This document shows positions 1-12,993 of a stretch of DNA of 64,000 bases, piece by piece. Numbering within the stretch: the stretch's first letter is position 1; every line of letters begins with the position of its first letter. Below the pieces are notes generated by a model. The model was given only the letters and a program-made list of their open reading frames with translations. It made no database searches and had not been told where the DNA came from. Source of the stretch: the human T2T-CHM13v2.0 reference genome, Homo sapiens; assembly GCF_009914755.1 (NCBI RefSeq), contig NC_060926.1. One strand, given 5' to 3'. Made by a program: the position numbers and the translations under genes.

Positions 1-1204
1 TCAAAATTAGAGAACCCCAGGGCTGGAACTCCGGGATCTGGGTGTGAGAGGGAGCATGTCACAGTAACCTCCTGTGCACAGACTGTAATTGCTGTAGGAT
101 TTTTCCTAAAGCCCCATGAAATTCATGGCAAAGAGAGCATTGTGTTGAGCTATGGAATAAGAAGCAGCTGTCTAGTAATGCCTCCAAATAAGCTTCTGCA
201 TTCTCCTGCTGTGACTAAGGAAATTCTTCACCAAAATCTCCCCTAGCTTGTTATATCTCTAAAAGATTCCCTCTTTCCCCTGGAGCAAGCGCTGTTATAT
301 AATTGAAATGAGAACATTCAGAATTACCTTTCTTTCTGTGCAGTGAAAGTTTATTTCTATGTTCTTTCATTTGAATGGACATAAGATTTGTAATAGGTTT
401 TTCTGGGTTGATGGGCCCTTTAGGCTGATCTACAAGGCAGCTCTAGATTGGGCCAGTGTTACAAGTGCAAAGAGAGTAACTTGTCGATTATAGCATGTGA
501 AAAGTTCTGTCTAATGAAACTATTTACACTGGACAAACCCTAACATTTCTACATTTTTCTTTCCTTAAATGACATTCCAGCCATTCTTTACCCTTCACCC
601 TTGGCCATCCTGAGCTCTGGTGCCTAAATCCCAAACTGTGCATAGATGTGTTCTCCGTGTCAGGCAAGTTTTGATAAATTCAAACAAAAAGTTTCAAGAA
701 GAATCTCCTGGTTTTAGAGCATATGTTGTATCATGATAATACTTGCAACAGGAAATGTATTGTGCCTGTCCCATCATTAGCTCCAAGGCAATACCTTCCC
801 CCTGAGTTGCCATTATGAGCTGTATCTGACCCTGACTTCTTGGCTAAAGCTGATTGGGCCAGGGGCCAGCAACCAACCCAAAATCATCCATCAATAATGG
901 GGGCCTGGTGAAGAAGACAATCTCAAATTTTTTAAATCTGGAAGAGCTGTTATTTTGGGCATCTTTCTACAACCTCTGCGTTGGGGGTGGAAATTAGAAT
1001 GGCTGGATTCTGAATGATGAGATACCATTGTTCAATTTCTCAATTAAGACATGGCACCATGGCTATTTGTTTTCCTACATTTTCTAAACATTTTCTGCAT
1101 ATTTACAATAAACCACAGTATCAGGGTGGGGGGACCTTTTTTTGGCGATCTGAAGAAACCTATCTTGGTTCCTTGTAACCTCATGAAGCCTAACAAGACA
1201 AAGA

Positions 1205-1313
1205 GTGTAGATAAATGCCATGCAGGCAGGGATCACATCTTTTTGTTTACCACTGTATAGACATGGCTTAGACTAGAGTAAGGAGCTCAATCAATACACA
1301 TTAAATGAATAAA
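1205..1313 (+). mobile_element. L2 LINE 3' end fragment
   Basis: Degenerate match to the L2 3' terminus (..catgcaggcagggatcacatc..tgtttaccactgtata..gtaaggagctcaatcaata..aatgaataaa). Confidence 0.6.
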
Positions 1314-1699
1314 AACTTGGTAGGAGCTTCTAAAATTTTTTCATGTGACTCCTTTAATGTTTCAGAAAAGAGAAAATTTATCCTCTGGATAAAATGAAGA
1401 CCTGAAGACACGGCACAGCTGAGAGTGGATGAGGGACACCTTTCAGATACCTGGGGCACTGCAAGAAAATCTACATACTAATAAGCCAGACAGTCTGCCC
1501 CTTTCACCTGCTCAGTTGCTAGACTTTAGGATCATACCTCCTGTCAGGATAATGGATTTCTTCTTTGCAGGAATCATCCTAAAGAGAAAGTTCCTACAGA
1601 TGCTGATATTGGTGAAATACCAATGATACACTCTTTTTCTCCAATATATCAACTGACAATGAAGCTCAGCAATTGGAAAGTTTCACCACACACATCAAA

Positions 1700-2930
1700 T
1701 TTCAAAAGATAAGTGACTCACTCTAAAATATGAGATAACTAAGGACCACCAGACATTAGAGGAAAGCCACCAACATGAAAAGACGAAGTGCAAAACAAAC
1801 AAATCAGAATCAGAAACAATGAAAATGGAAGAATACATGACATATAGGAAACAAAATAAAAATTAGGTAATAATAGAAATATTATCATCTGATAAGAGAG
1901 ATACTGAATCATGAAACAAGGACAGGTGCTATAGAAAAGAAAGAAGAATTTTTTTAAAGACAACGGAAAAGTTTGTAAAACTGAGGAAATCTAAAAGACA
2001 GCAGAATCAAAAAGGAAACAAAATGAATAAGAAATGAAATGAAAATTAGAGTACAATCCAAGAAGTCTAATATCCAATTAATGGATAGAAAGAAATAGAA
2101 CAGAGAAATAGAAATAGAAAGAACAGAGAAAAGAGAGGGGAAAGAGTTACTAATAAAATAATTCAAGAACATTTCTCAGAAATGAAAGTGATGAGTTTGC
2201 AAATTGAAAAGACTTATTGAATATGCAGCATAATTAAAGATAAAATAATCACTCTAAAACTTATAGCTATGAAATTTCAAAATATCAAGGATAGGAGTGA
2301 AGATCCTAAAAGCCACTTGAGATAAAAATAAAAAAACAAAGAGGCAAATCATAAATAACATTGATGTTCAGTTGCTGAAGAGCAACACTGAAGTGAGAAG
2401 GCACTGAAAACAATGGACTTGAAATTCTGATAAATAAAAATATTTCCAACTTAGAATTCTATATCCAGCTAAACTATACATCAGGAAATCATGAAGTCAG
2501 AATAGAGACATTTTCACATATGCAAGCTTACAAAGTTTTATCTCTCATTCACTCTTTCTCAAAAAACTATTGGCTTCACCACAATGAAGGAAATCATGGG
2601 ATCCAGCAATTACAATCCAGCACAGGAGAGAACGGGCTAAGTCCCAGGACAACAACTGTGCAGCAGGCTTAGAGAGTAACCAGTTAAGATCAGGACAGGA
2701 GGATAAAGGGTTCCAAGAGCAGTATCTCTAAATAAGCTAATGGAGGTTTACAGTTCCTCATTAGGGAGTTTGGGAAGCACTTAGTGACAAATAGATCTAA
2801 AAGTCAAGGCAATTATTAACTCAGAGGAACCAGAAAGTTGAATAAGAAGATAAATCCTGCTTAATATGGATAGTTATAATTTATAGTAATGTAAATGCTG
2901 AATATTGATTTAAGATTGTGATATAATTTC
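1700..2930 (+). mobile_element. HAL1 (half-L1, ORF1-only non-autonomous LINE) remnant
   Basis: A-rich decayed ORF1-like stretch (aaaataattcaagaacatttctcagaa..; ttccaacttagaattctatatccagctaaacta) followed by the HAL1-type 3' block (gtcccaggacaacaactgtgcagcaggcttagagagtaaccag). Boundaries are approximate. Confidence 0.6.
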
Positions 2931-2974
2931 ATTGCTATGAAGATAAAGGGAACCAGATTATGTCTAGTAGTAGT

Positions 2975-3432
2975 ATTAGTAGTAACCTCAAATTAGAAAC
3001 AATCCAAGTATTCATCAACTGGTGAAAGAAAAAATAAAATGTGTTATATTCATAACAATGAATATTATTCATCAAAAAAGGCAACAAACTACTAATACAT
3101 GCAACAACATGTATAACCTCTAAAAACATTATGTTAAGTGATAAAAGCCAGGCACAAGACTTCATATTGCATGATTTCATGTATATAAAATTTCCACAAA
3201 GGTAAATCTAGAAAGAGAAGGTAGAAAACTTGTTGCCTTGGCTGGAGATGGGGGTAGGGATTGACCACAAAGGGGCCTGAGGGAGCTTTCTCCGATGATG
3301 AAAATGTTCCAAAACTGGACTGTGGGTATGGTTGCACAACTCTATAAATTTACTAAAAACTTTTGAACTGCACATACATAATAGGTGAATTTTGTGGTAT
3401 AAATTATACCTCAATAAAGCTGCTAAATAAAA
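2975..3432 (+). mobile_element. L1ME (L1ME1-like) 3' end
   Basis: L1ME-type 3'UTR (gattgaccacaaaggggc..gatgaaaatgttccaaaactggactgtgg..ggttgcacaactctataaatttactaaaa..tacctcaataaagctg). Confidence 0.75.
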
Positions 3433-3484
3433 ACACCTCGAAATCATCATTTTACCCACCTTCCATGAATAATTTATCAGGAAA

Positions 3485-4771
3485 TTTTGTTGGCTCTTCC
3501 TCGAATTCAAATTCCAATTTCGTCCATTTATCTACACCTCCACAGCCATCTCCCTAGACTGAGTCACTGTCATCTTTTGTCTTGTAATAACCTGTCGGGA
3601 GCAAGCCCCCCAAAATCTGGCCATAAACTGGCCCCAAAACTGGCCATAAACAAAATCTGTGCAGCACTGTAACATGTTTATAATGGCCCTAATGCCCAAA
3701 CTGGAAGGTTGTGGATTTACAGGAATGAACGCAAGAAACACCTGGCCCATCCAGGGTGGAAAACTGCTTAAAGGCATTCTTCAGCCACAAACAATAGCAT
3801 GAGCGATCTGTGCCTTAAAGGCCTGTTCCTGCTGCAGTTAACTACCCCAACCTATTCCTTTAATTCAGCCCATCCCTTCGTTTCCCATAAGGGATACTTT
3901 TAGTTAATTTAATATCTATAGAAACAATGCTAATGACTGGTTTGCTGTTAATAAATATGTGGGTAAATCTCTGTTCGGGGCTCTCAGCTCTGAAGGCTGT
4001 GAGACCCCTGATTTCCCACTTCACACCTCTATATTTGTGTGTGTGTGTCCTTAATTCCTCTAGCGCCACTGGGTTAGGGTCTCCCTGACCGAGCTGGTCC
4101 GGCATAACCTTCCAAATGATTGCTCTGCTTCCTGTGTCATCCCCATCTACTCCATGCTCCATAGACAACAAGAGAGAGCTTCTTAAAACACACACAGGCT
4201 GCCACACCCTGTGTAAAATGAATACTCATTGCACCGGAAAAACAACTCAATCTCTGTACCTGGACTTGTCATCAGGCTCTGTGCGTTTGTTTCTCACATC
4301 ATTCCCTGATCCTCTGTCTCACTCTCGCCCTCTCTTCCTGACCTCCCAGCTCAGCTGGCCTCCTTTCTGTATCTCCAATGCCCCAAGCTCTTTCTCTCTT
4401 TACAGCTCCTTGCACACGTTCCTCTCTTCCTGCTGATCTTCCCTTTGCTCCGCATGGCTGGCTACTGCTCATTCTGCGATCAGCTTGCATCTGTCCTCCT
4501 CATGGAAACCTTTCCCGCCCACCTATCTGGGGTGGGTTACTCTTCCCATTGGCTATATCTCAACCCCATGCTTGCTTCCTCCTTGGTGGCCACTGCACTC
4601 ACAATAATTGCATTTATGTTTTTGTTAACTTGTTTTGTGTCTATGTATCCCCCTTGCTAAAGACTTCATGGGGAAGAAGGGAGGGTAAGAGACTGTATCT
4701 GTCTAGGTAACTGTTATCCCCAGCACCCATCAGAGAGCATAGCACATCCTAGATCCTAGTGAATAAATGAA
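3485..4771 (+). mobile_element. L2 LINE 3' portion, split by the MER9 LTR
   Basis: Pyrimidine-rich L2 sequence on both sides of 3593-4104, ending in the L2 terminus (tatccccagcacc..gaataaatgaa). Confidence 0.7.
3593..4104 (+). mobile_element. MER9 solo LTR (HERV-K HML-3 family)
   Basis: 512 bp, TG..CA ends (tgtcgggagcaagccccccaaaatctggccataaac..gagctggtccggca), internal AATAAA, TSD TAACC at 3588-3592 and 4105-4109. Confidence 0.9.
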
Positions 4772-4779
4772 CATTCAAG

Positions 4780-5013
4780 CGGTGTAGTACAGAGGATTAC
4801 CACACTACATCCTAAGCTCTGTGACCTCAGGTTACCACTTAACTTCTCTAAATCTCCATTTCCTCATCTGTAAAACAGGAATACAACTGGCTACCTCCTA
4901 GTTTTGTTACGAGGGATAAATTACATAACATAGGTAAGAATATAGGTATGAAGAAGAGAGAAAACACAGTACCTGGCACCTTGAATGGGATACAATAAGT
5001 GCCATTAATATTA
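4780..5013 (+). mobile_element. MIR SINE
   Basis: MIR core (ctgtgacctcagg..cacttaacttctctaaatctccatttcctcatctgtaaaacagg). Confidence 0.75.
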
Positions 5014-5460
5014 AAACTTCTACATAGCTGTCCTAGATAATTTTCAAACCATCTTTCTGTTTATTATTTATGATATCACTATGGAAAACAACTCTACCAT
5101 TTCCACTTTTAATAATAAATTTAGGATGTGGAATGTATACTAAACTAGGTGAAGGTTCTTAAAGTCTGAATATTGTCAACCTTGCTAAATTAGCCTGTCT
5201 GAAAACGATAATTTCAGGTTAAAATGAAAAGCTATTCAATTGACATTCAACTGATCATAGGAAGAATTAAATGGAGTTAGCAAAAAATTCTTAATGAGTT
5301 TCATCAATATGATGTAGTGTTTTCCTTATCTTATTAATTGATGTAGCTTAGAAGTTGGGATGGTCTCACTTACGGAACATTTAAGCCTCCTGCAGGTGCA
5401 CTGATAGGTCTGGGGCTAAGGATTCTCCGGTCCTGGGGTGAGGTACCACAGCCTGTAGGG

Positions 5461-5661
5461 CAGTAGTGCTCAAACTTAGCTTGTATCACAATCCCATGGG
5501 GAGCTTAAAAACTCAGATTTTTCCAGAGTTTCTGATTCTGAATGAATGTCTGGTGTAGGGTCTGAAGAATTCCATTTTTACATTTCTAACAAATTTCTGG
5601 ATGATGCTGGGATTACAGCCCCATGTGCTGCTGCTGGTCTGGGGCCACACTCTGAGAACAC
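5461..5661. mobile_element. MER5A hAT DNA transposon
   Basis: cagtagtgctcaaactt..catttctaacaa..gatgatgctg..gctgctggtctggggccacactctgagaaca, with a short internal insertion. Confidence 0.75.
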
Positions 5662-5779
5662 AGAAAAGCCTGGGGGTGAGCAGCAGTGAGCTGGTCCTCT
5701 GAGAGCTGCAGGGTCACCCCAGTTATAGTGTCCAGCCACAGAAACTCCTATAAGGTTCATTTATTCAACAAAAAATTTT

Positions 5780-6121
5780 TGAAGGTCCAACTCGGAAAAC
5801 AGAACAGGGTAATTTAATTACTAGGAATCAGTGATACAGGTGATAGAGGGGCTGTAGCCAAACAGGATGGTGAGGCATCCCAGAAAATAGCAACAGGAAG
5901 AAATTAGCAATCCTAGAACTCCAGGACAGTAGGAGGAGGGAGTGTTGCTGGAATTCAGGAAAGGGGCCCTGGCGAAGCCAGAACCGCAGTGGGGCCTGTC
6001 TGATGGAACTGGAGCCACAGAGGAGATGCAGTCTCCACAAAGGATGCTGCCCTGGGCTGGCAGAAAATGAGAGAGAGAACCCCCTCATTTCTCTGTACCC
6101 ACCTCAGACCCTTCCTACACA

Positions 6122-6168
<47 letters not shown>

Positions 6169-6215
6169 CAGAGAATGGATTTGGGGGAAGACAGACAGGG
6201 CCTTCCCAGAGGGTC
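5780..6215 (-). mobile_element. LTR33-like ERVL LTR
   Basis: Motifs ccaaacaggatggtgaggcatcccagaaaatagcaacag and gcagagaatggatttggggg match my recall of the LTR33 antisense strand. Confidence 0.6.
6117..6165. repeat. (CA)n microsatellite
   Basis: About 20 pure CA units at 6125-6165. Confidence 0.95.
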
Positions 6216-6352
6216 TACTAAATAGCTAGTGGTAGATGAGACAGACTAGCTTTGTGCCTTCGTTGAGCTTACAGTCTAATAGATTGACCAGGTGAAGCTT
6301 AACAGCCCTGTAAGACATTGGGTTCCCTGGGGGCCTTTGCTCTCTAGAGAAG

Positions 6353-6701
6353 TGATATGTGCCCCCCTCATTCCCCACACATTGGTATGTTGAAATCTAA
6401 TCCAATGTGATGGTATTTGGAGGTAGGGCCTTTGGGAAGTGATTAGGCCATGAGGGTGGAACCCTCCTGAAAGGGATGAATGCCCTTATAAGAAGAGGCC
6501 AGGGAGCTAGTTCTCCTTCTTTCTGCCACATGGGGATACAAGATGTTGGCAGTCTGCAATCCAGAAGGCCTGCACCAGTGATCATGCTAGCACCCTGATC
6601 TTGGACTTCCACTTTCCAGAACTGCGAGAATTAAGTTTGTGTTGTTGATAAGCCATCCAGTCTATGGTATTTTGTTGTAGTAGCCCTAAAAAACTAAGAC
6701 A
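6353..6701 (+). mobile_element. MLT1A-type MaLR solo LTR
   Basis: TG..ctaagaCA ends, motif gatggtatttggaggtagggcctttggg, 5-bp TSD AGAAG at 6348-6352 and 6702-6706. Confidence 0.85.
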
Positions 6702-8559
6702 AGAAGTATTTAAGTAAGCCGATCATGTCACTTCATAGATACACATATGAAAAGTAATCTGTGGAGGCAGCTGGGCTTCAAAATGATTGAAATTATACTT
6801 ACAATACAGGACATTCTTGCTTGTCTGTTTAGGAGGAAAGTTATAGAAAGAAACATTTTTTTCTTTTGCCCAAATAATCATACTTGGCATGAAATTAATG
6901 TTTTGAAATGGAAAAGCTCCAAAAGTGGCAGTGGTTATCTTTTGAATTTATGAATATTGTTACTATCATGTAAGTTACATTAAAATTAATATGAGCCAAG
7001 GGTACATGTTGAGGAGAAAGGAATGGATCCCTCACTGAGCTTTTGTTGGGGACTACGGTTGTGCTGAGAAATGGAATTTTAGGTATGATGCATAATCAAG
7101 TGTGAACAGTGTAGCAGAGTGGGGCCTACAATAAAAACACGTGTCTGTCTTTACAGCTAGTGCTCTGCTCCACTCGACATCCTAGAATTAAGCACTTAAA
7201 TCGGGTATCTTTAAGTTCTTGCCAGAAAAACCCCGAATTTCTCTTGTAAGGCTGATTTTTGGAAGGGAGAATGGGTGGGTGGCAGAATTAGAGAACTGTT
7301 CCTTTGAATGTTGTTCATATGGAATGCATTTGAATGAAATTGACATTTGGGGGAAAAGATTCTGAGGATATGAGATAACAGCAGAACTGTTTGCTGGCTA
7401 TAGTCATATGGTAATGATATCAGCTTCGCCTGGGAGAAATGACAGCATAAAATCCAGCTGATATGCCAAGACAAAATGACATGAAATTGCATGTATTTGT
7501 CTAGACTATTATGGTAATAGCATTAGAGGGATAGGTTTCTGTTTCTTGGAAAGCAAATAATTTGAAGGCATACTTCATGCCCAGTATATCGTTGTAGCAA
7601 TAAACAAGTGTCAGGAAACGTCTTTCTTCAGGATTAGATGTCACTGAGTAGCTTATTTAGGGTGATGGTATATTTTCCTCACAATTCTCAAATCTTAAGT
7701 GGACCATCTATACATCTTACTTTTGGGTCATCAACGGTGTTTATCTTTGTGGAAATAATGAAGTAGCTCCTATTAGTAAAAGAACACTATATTCTTCTGA
7801 CAAAATTGAGTCAGTGCTAGTCTGCACGCACAGGTGTGCTTCACATGCTAAAATAAACGTGTTCCTGAAAGGTTACGTATAAATTGAGTCATTTTCCTAT
7901 TGGCTTATATTATCTTGTCAAAGATGTTATGTCTTCCTTCCAGGTTGAACTTTAATTCACTTCTCACACTTTAACTTTCAGTTTCTCTTTACTCCTGAAA
8001 TCTTTCCAAAGGGTTTTCATATTAATCTTGGTGATCTTAAAAACACAAAAATAGCCAGGAAACTTCACAACTTGGAGCATCCTTTTATTCAGACAAATAT
8101 TGCTCTTTTTTTTTTTTTGGATGGAGGGTGTTCCTATAAATAATAAACACATTTGGTTTTTATTGGAGAAAGTAAATTGAGTGAACGGGGAGTGAATGTG
8201 CCGTATTCTCTGTGCTGGCTGTGGCTGAGTCATTGGGGACTCCCATTGGATCCTAAGAGAACAAGATGATGTCACAGGCATTTCTCAATCACCATCACTT
8301 TGGAACAAGCTGCTACTTCAAGGTGCTAGGAAAAGGTCAATATTCTGATACTTTTAGTATTCTCCTTCTTGTCTTTCTGGTAAAATGATGAGGGACTACT
8401 ATATGGTACACATATATGTAAAAAGTCTTAGAGTCACTGTTATCACATTTTGTATGATCAAGCACTGAAAGTGCTTATCTGAAACCAGATGTTCAGTTCT
8501 CAGTAGTCAAGAGTCACATTAATTTCTCTTTTCCCTCTTATGCCATTGTTTAGTAGTCT

Positions 8560-8790
8560 ATCATGTAATAGACGTCAGATTGTGGTCATACAAATCTGTA
8601 TTTGAATTTCATCTCTGACATCTACCAACCATATGACACATCTGTGCCTCAATTTTCTTCCTTTAAAATGGACTTATCAAGCACTATCTTGTATGGCTGT
8701 AGCAAAGATTAGTAATAATATATGTAAATTACATAGCACAATGCATGCATATAATTAATACTCAACAAATGACAGTTGTCATCATTGTCT
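8560..8790 (+). mobile_element. MIR SINE
   Basis: tctgtgcctcaattttcttcctttaaaatgg..atatgtaaattacatagcacaatgc..ctcaacaaatg. Confidence 0.65.
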
Positions 8791-9257
8791 TCTTCCTCAT
8801 CATCATCGAAGTTACTTATTGATACCTCTTCATTACCACTAGATTTAGAGACCTATAAATTCAGGACTTAGCATAATGCCAGACATACTAGGCACCGAAT
8901 AATTATTTATTAAAATAATTCATACATAAAATTTGGCATATGCACTATGCATCTGTGAACTCCAGATTCCTCAAGCCCTGCCAGCCTATGGATACAAAAT
9001 AATCAAGATTTACTGACTTTTACACACCTGTTCATACAGCTCTCTAGTCTCCTAAAATATGCTTATTGAACATTTCTGTGTGTCTCCAGGGTTATCTCAT
9101 ATGTGCATAGAAAGAAGCTTCATTTTGCAGGGTTCCTCCTCCATTGTCATCAGCCAATGTACCAAAGCCCTGAAGGTACCAAGCTCCACAGCAGTTGATG
9201 CAGAGTGGTGTTGGGGTGCCTCTCTCCATTAAGTATTGTTTCCATTAGAAGGGCTCC

Positions 9258-9516
9258 TAGGTAGGTGGATCACGAGGTCAGGAGTTCAAGACCAGCCTGG
9301 CCAAGATGGTGAAACCCCATCTCTACTAAAAATACAAAACATTAGCTGGGCATGGTGGCATGCACCTGTAATCCCAGCTACTCCGAAGGCTGGGGAAGAG
9401 AACTGCTTAAACCTGGAGGGGCGGAGGTTGCAGTGAGCCAAGATCGTGCCACTGCCCTCCAGCCTGGGCGACAGAGTGAGACTCCATCTCAAAAAAAAAA
9501 AAAAAAAAAAAAAAAA
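9258..9516 (+). mobile_element. AluS (Sg-like), 5'-truncated
   Basis: Starts about 50 nt into the left arm (ggtggatcacgaggtcaggagttc), long pure poly-A tail, TSD AGAAGGGCTCC at 9247-9257 and 9517-9527. Confidence 0.92.
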
Positions 9517-11961
9517 AGAAGGGCTCCAAAGTAGTGCTGCTTGGGAATCAATGTTACTGGCACCAGCATGAGGCACTGGGTGTACGCTCAGGAAGGAGTA
9601 GAGAGACAGCACCATGCCATATTCGAAATCAGCTCCCTTCTCTGGCTGAGGCTCTGTGCATCAGGTCTAGAGCCTGGTTTCTTCCTCTGTAGGATGAATT
9701 ACTTTCAGGAAGCAGCTCAGCTCCTCTTGAAAATAGGTACTGCTCAGGACTGCCCTGGTGGCTCATGAGACATGCTAGGACACTTCTGAACTCCTGTAAT
9801 TGGACACAATATTGGGTCAAGGCCCAAGTCCTGCTATGTAGCTAAATGCTGGTTTGAAAATCAACATAACACCTTACTCTGCAATGGTCACAACCCATAC
9901 TTCCGGAAAAAAAAAAGTTCACTTATTGTTTTCTTTCAACATTACTAAAAGTGTCTTATGGGAACCTAAGGTTTCCTTTTAGGAAGCTATATGAGAGGAC
10001 AGAGCACAGCACAACAAGAAATCCAAAACATGTCTATTCACACTGATCACAGGACTCAAGGAACTGCCAGACTGCTCTAGTTCTAGAGTTCCTTCTAGGA
10101 AAGTTTATAGACAAAGCAAAAATTGCTCCTATACAAGTCTGGCACCAGGAACCATAGGGTTAACCCTCTGTCACCTCATACTAGGAACCAGGTGGCAGTG
10201 GAACAGGCATGAATCAGGACTGGCCCCCTTTATCAATCAAGTATCAGCTAATTACTAGAGCTCTGCAGAATCCTAGAGAACCCAAAGCACTGGGGAGTAT
10301 TTGCAGCTGCTTAAGGGAACAGGCCATGAAGACCAGTGCCCCAGTTCAGGCCATGCATTAAGAGGAAAATCTGGGCCAATGGCTAGACAGAGTGCCTGGG
10401 AGAGAACCAGCTTTGAGGAAGCACATTTACCAACAAACGACTGCTAAGCACTTTGCAGTTGTCAAGTTCCTAGGCACTGAATAATAATGAGAGGGGGCTT
10501 CAGAGGGTGATGACTAATGGCCCCTCTATTTCCTGCTGATGCTGGCAATTTTCTGTCATTTTGTTTTTATGTTAATTTATGCTCACAGGATTAGAATGTA
10601 GCATTATATGGTCATTTAATTTAATTGAAGTATGGAACTTCATGGGCCCATTTTTGCATTTCTCAGAGATTTTGGTGATTTTTTTCTTTAGCATTTAATC
10701 TTCCCCCCAGATCACCATTCCTAATGGCAATAATAATACATTGACACTTGCATCACACTTTTCCTTCTAGGAGCTCCAAGCATGTCATGGCCCATTACTC
10801 CCACAAGAGCTCTGCAAGGCAAATGCCAGGGAGGATTTTAAGCACTTTCTTAGCTTTAACATACATAAAAAGGTGCAGCCTTTATCATAGAGATAAGCTC
10901 TCAGCCATTTAAATTACTTTTGAATGCAATGAGAAGCTTTGCTTATGCATGAGGTTTCCACTGTGCTTTGTGATTTTCATACTGCAGAAATATGTGACCT
11001 TTAAGCCTGACAGCACTGCTCAGAGTACATGTAACTTATCAGGGAGTTTTCATTGATCACCCCACCTCCTTCTCATAAGGAATGTAGTGTTTGTGTCACA
11101 CTGCCTGGAAAAACTGCCCAAGGGCAAGGGAAAGCACCAATTGAGACATGGAGGAGAGAATGCAGGGTTAGTGAACTCACCCTTTAAAAGCCACAACACT
11201 AGAATGTCCCTGGTGAATACAGATGGACCAAAGGAGCATCCTGAGGCCAAGTGGCTCTCTGGATCCATTCTTGCTCTTTCTGAAGAGCCTCACAAGCATC
11301 CACTTGAAGACACTGGCATTCAGCAGTCTTTCTTCCGAAGGCCAAAAGAATAAGAAAAAAGCCACAGCATATTTCTGCTGTAGAAGGAGCATATCACCAG
11401 CCTGACAGAGGAAGCCCTCCCCTGTTTCTGAAATAAGGGGCCATGGAAAGAGAAAAAATAGAGGGGTGTCACATTTGCATTTCCCTAAAGGACCAGAGAA
11501 GTAGCTGGGGCTTTTTTCTCTTATTAGAACATCAGGCAAACACCATCTGGCCCAGGTCTTCAGTGGATTGCAGGATTCTGTGCTGACAGCCTGCCTGTGT
11601 CTATTGTGGCAGGGGAGGAGGGACATGAGAGGTGGGGTCTGGAGCAATAGCGACAGTTCTGCCCACAGGTCCTGCCCACTGACTCATCGCATATTCTGTT
11701 TTACCCCAAATGGGTATACTGCAATCAGTTCTGGTACTAACCACGCAGAGTTAGTGTAGACCCCACAAGTTAGGGACTCAGTCCTCTACAAGATTGTCTC
11801 CATTTCAGATGGAGCCAGCCACAAGTGGAGTCCCCAGGCCACCCACACTTCTGACCAACCGGCTACAACTCCAGAGGAGTCTCATAACACTGCTTTGGCT
11901 CAACAACTCACTAAAATGACTCACAGAACTCAGGAAAGCACTGCACTTACAATTATGGTTT

Positions 11962-12648
11962 TGTTACTGGTGGTGAATCCACACGGGTCTGCAGCAACCT
12001 CAATTCTTGACTCCTCGGAAGAAATAATTCGACTGAGAGGCATGAGGCAGAGGAAGAGACCGAGGCAAGTTTTAGAGCAGGAGTGGACATTTATTAAAAA
12101 GCTTTAGCATAAGAATGAAAAGAAAGTAAAGTACACTTGGAAGAGTGCCAGTGGGGAAACTTGGAGGTCAAGTGTGAGCTTTGACCTTTCGGCTTGGGGT
12201 TTTACATGTTGGCATACCTCCAGGGTCTCGCATCCTTTCTCTACTGATTCTTCCCTTGGAGTGGGCTGTGTGCACACACAGTGGCCTGATAGCATTTGGG
12301 AAGTAAGCATGTGCAGTGTGTTTACCGGAGTTGTAAGCATGCTCACCTAAGGCATTCCCTTTTCTGGTGGAATGGCCCCAGAAGGTCATATACCAGTTAA
12401 ACTCCGCCATTTTGAGCCCACTTGCCCAACTCCTGAGATCTTATTGGGAAGCTGATGATCAGTTTCAGGTGTTTCTATCTATTAGGAAACTGCCTTTCCC
12501 TGGTGCTGGTTGTGACCTATTATTATTTTAGAGAGACAGTTAACTGCCTGACCATCACCTGATGGTCACCTGACATTCCTGGATGGGGGGTCGGTGGAGG
12601 GCTCTCCTGCCCTGCTTATGTCTTCCCGACTAGCTACCTGTTACAACA
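11962..12648 (-). mobile_element. MER50 ERV1 solo LTR
   Basis: TG..CA bounded (tgttactggtggtgaatcc..ctagctacctgttacaaca), 4-bp TSD GTTT at 11958-11961 and 12649-12652. Confidence 0.85.
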
Positions 12649-12800
12649 GTTTTATTTAAAAATATATAAATCAGACTAGCCAAATTAAGAAACATATAGG
12701 GAGAGGTCTGGGAGGGTCCTAAACACGGAGCTTCTATGTCCGCTCCTCATGGAATCAGGATGTATCACTCTCCTGAGATATCAGTGTGTTCACCAATCAT

Positions 12801-12993
12801 GGCCTGGAGCACAGTGACTCAAGCCTGTAGTCCTAGCTATGTGGGAGGCTGAGGTGGGAGGATGCCTTGAGCCCAAGAGTTTGAGGCTGCAGTGAGCTAT
12901 GAAGGCACCATTTCATTCTAGCCTGAGCAACAGTGAGACCTCGTCTCAAAAATAAAATAAAATAAAATAAAATAAAATAAAATAAAATGAAAA
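12801..12993 (+). mobile_element. Free Alu monomer (FRAM/FAM type) with (TAAAA)n tail
   Basis: Single right-arm-type monomer, patterned tail at 12948-12993, TSD tgt[g/a]ttcaccaatca at 12785-12799 and 12994-13008. Confidence 0.85.

Noticed and set aside
9236-9615. Alu-derived ORFs (LSPRLECSG and AHCNL-type peptides), repeated at the other Alus
   Set aside because: Standard Alu translation artefacts.
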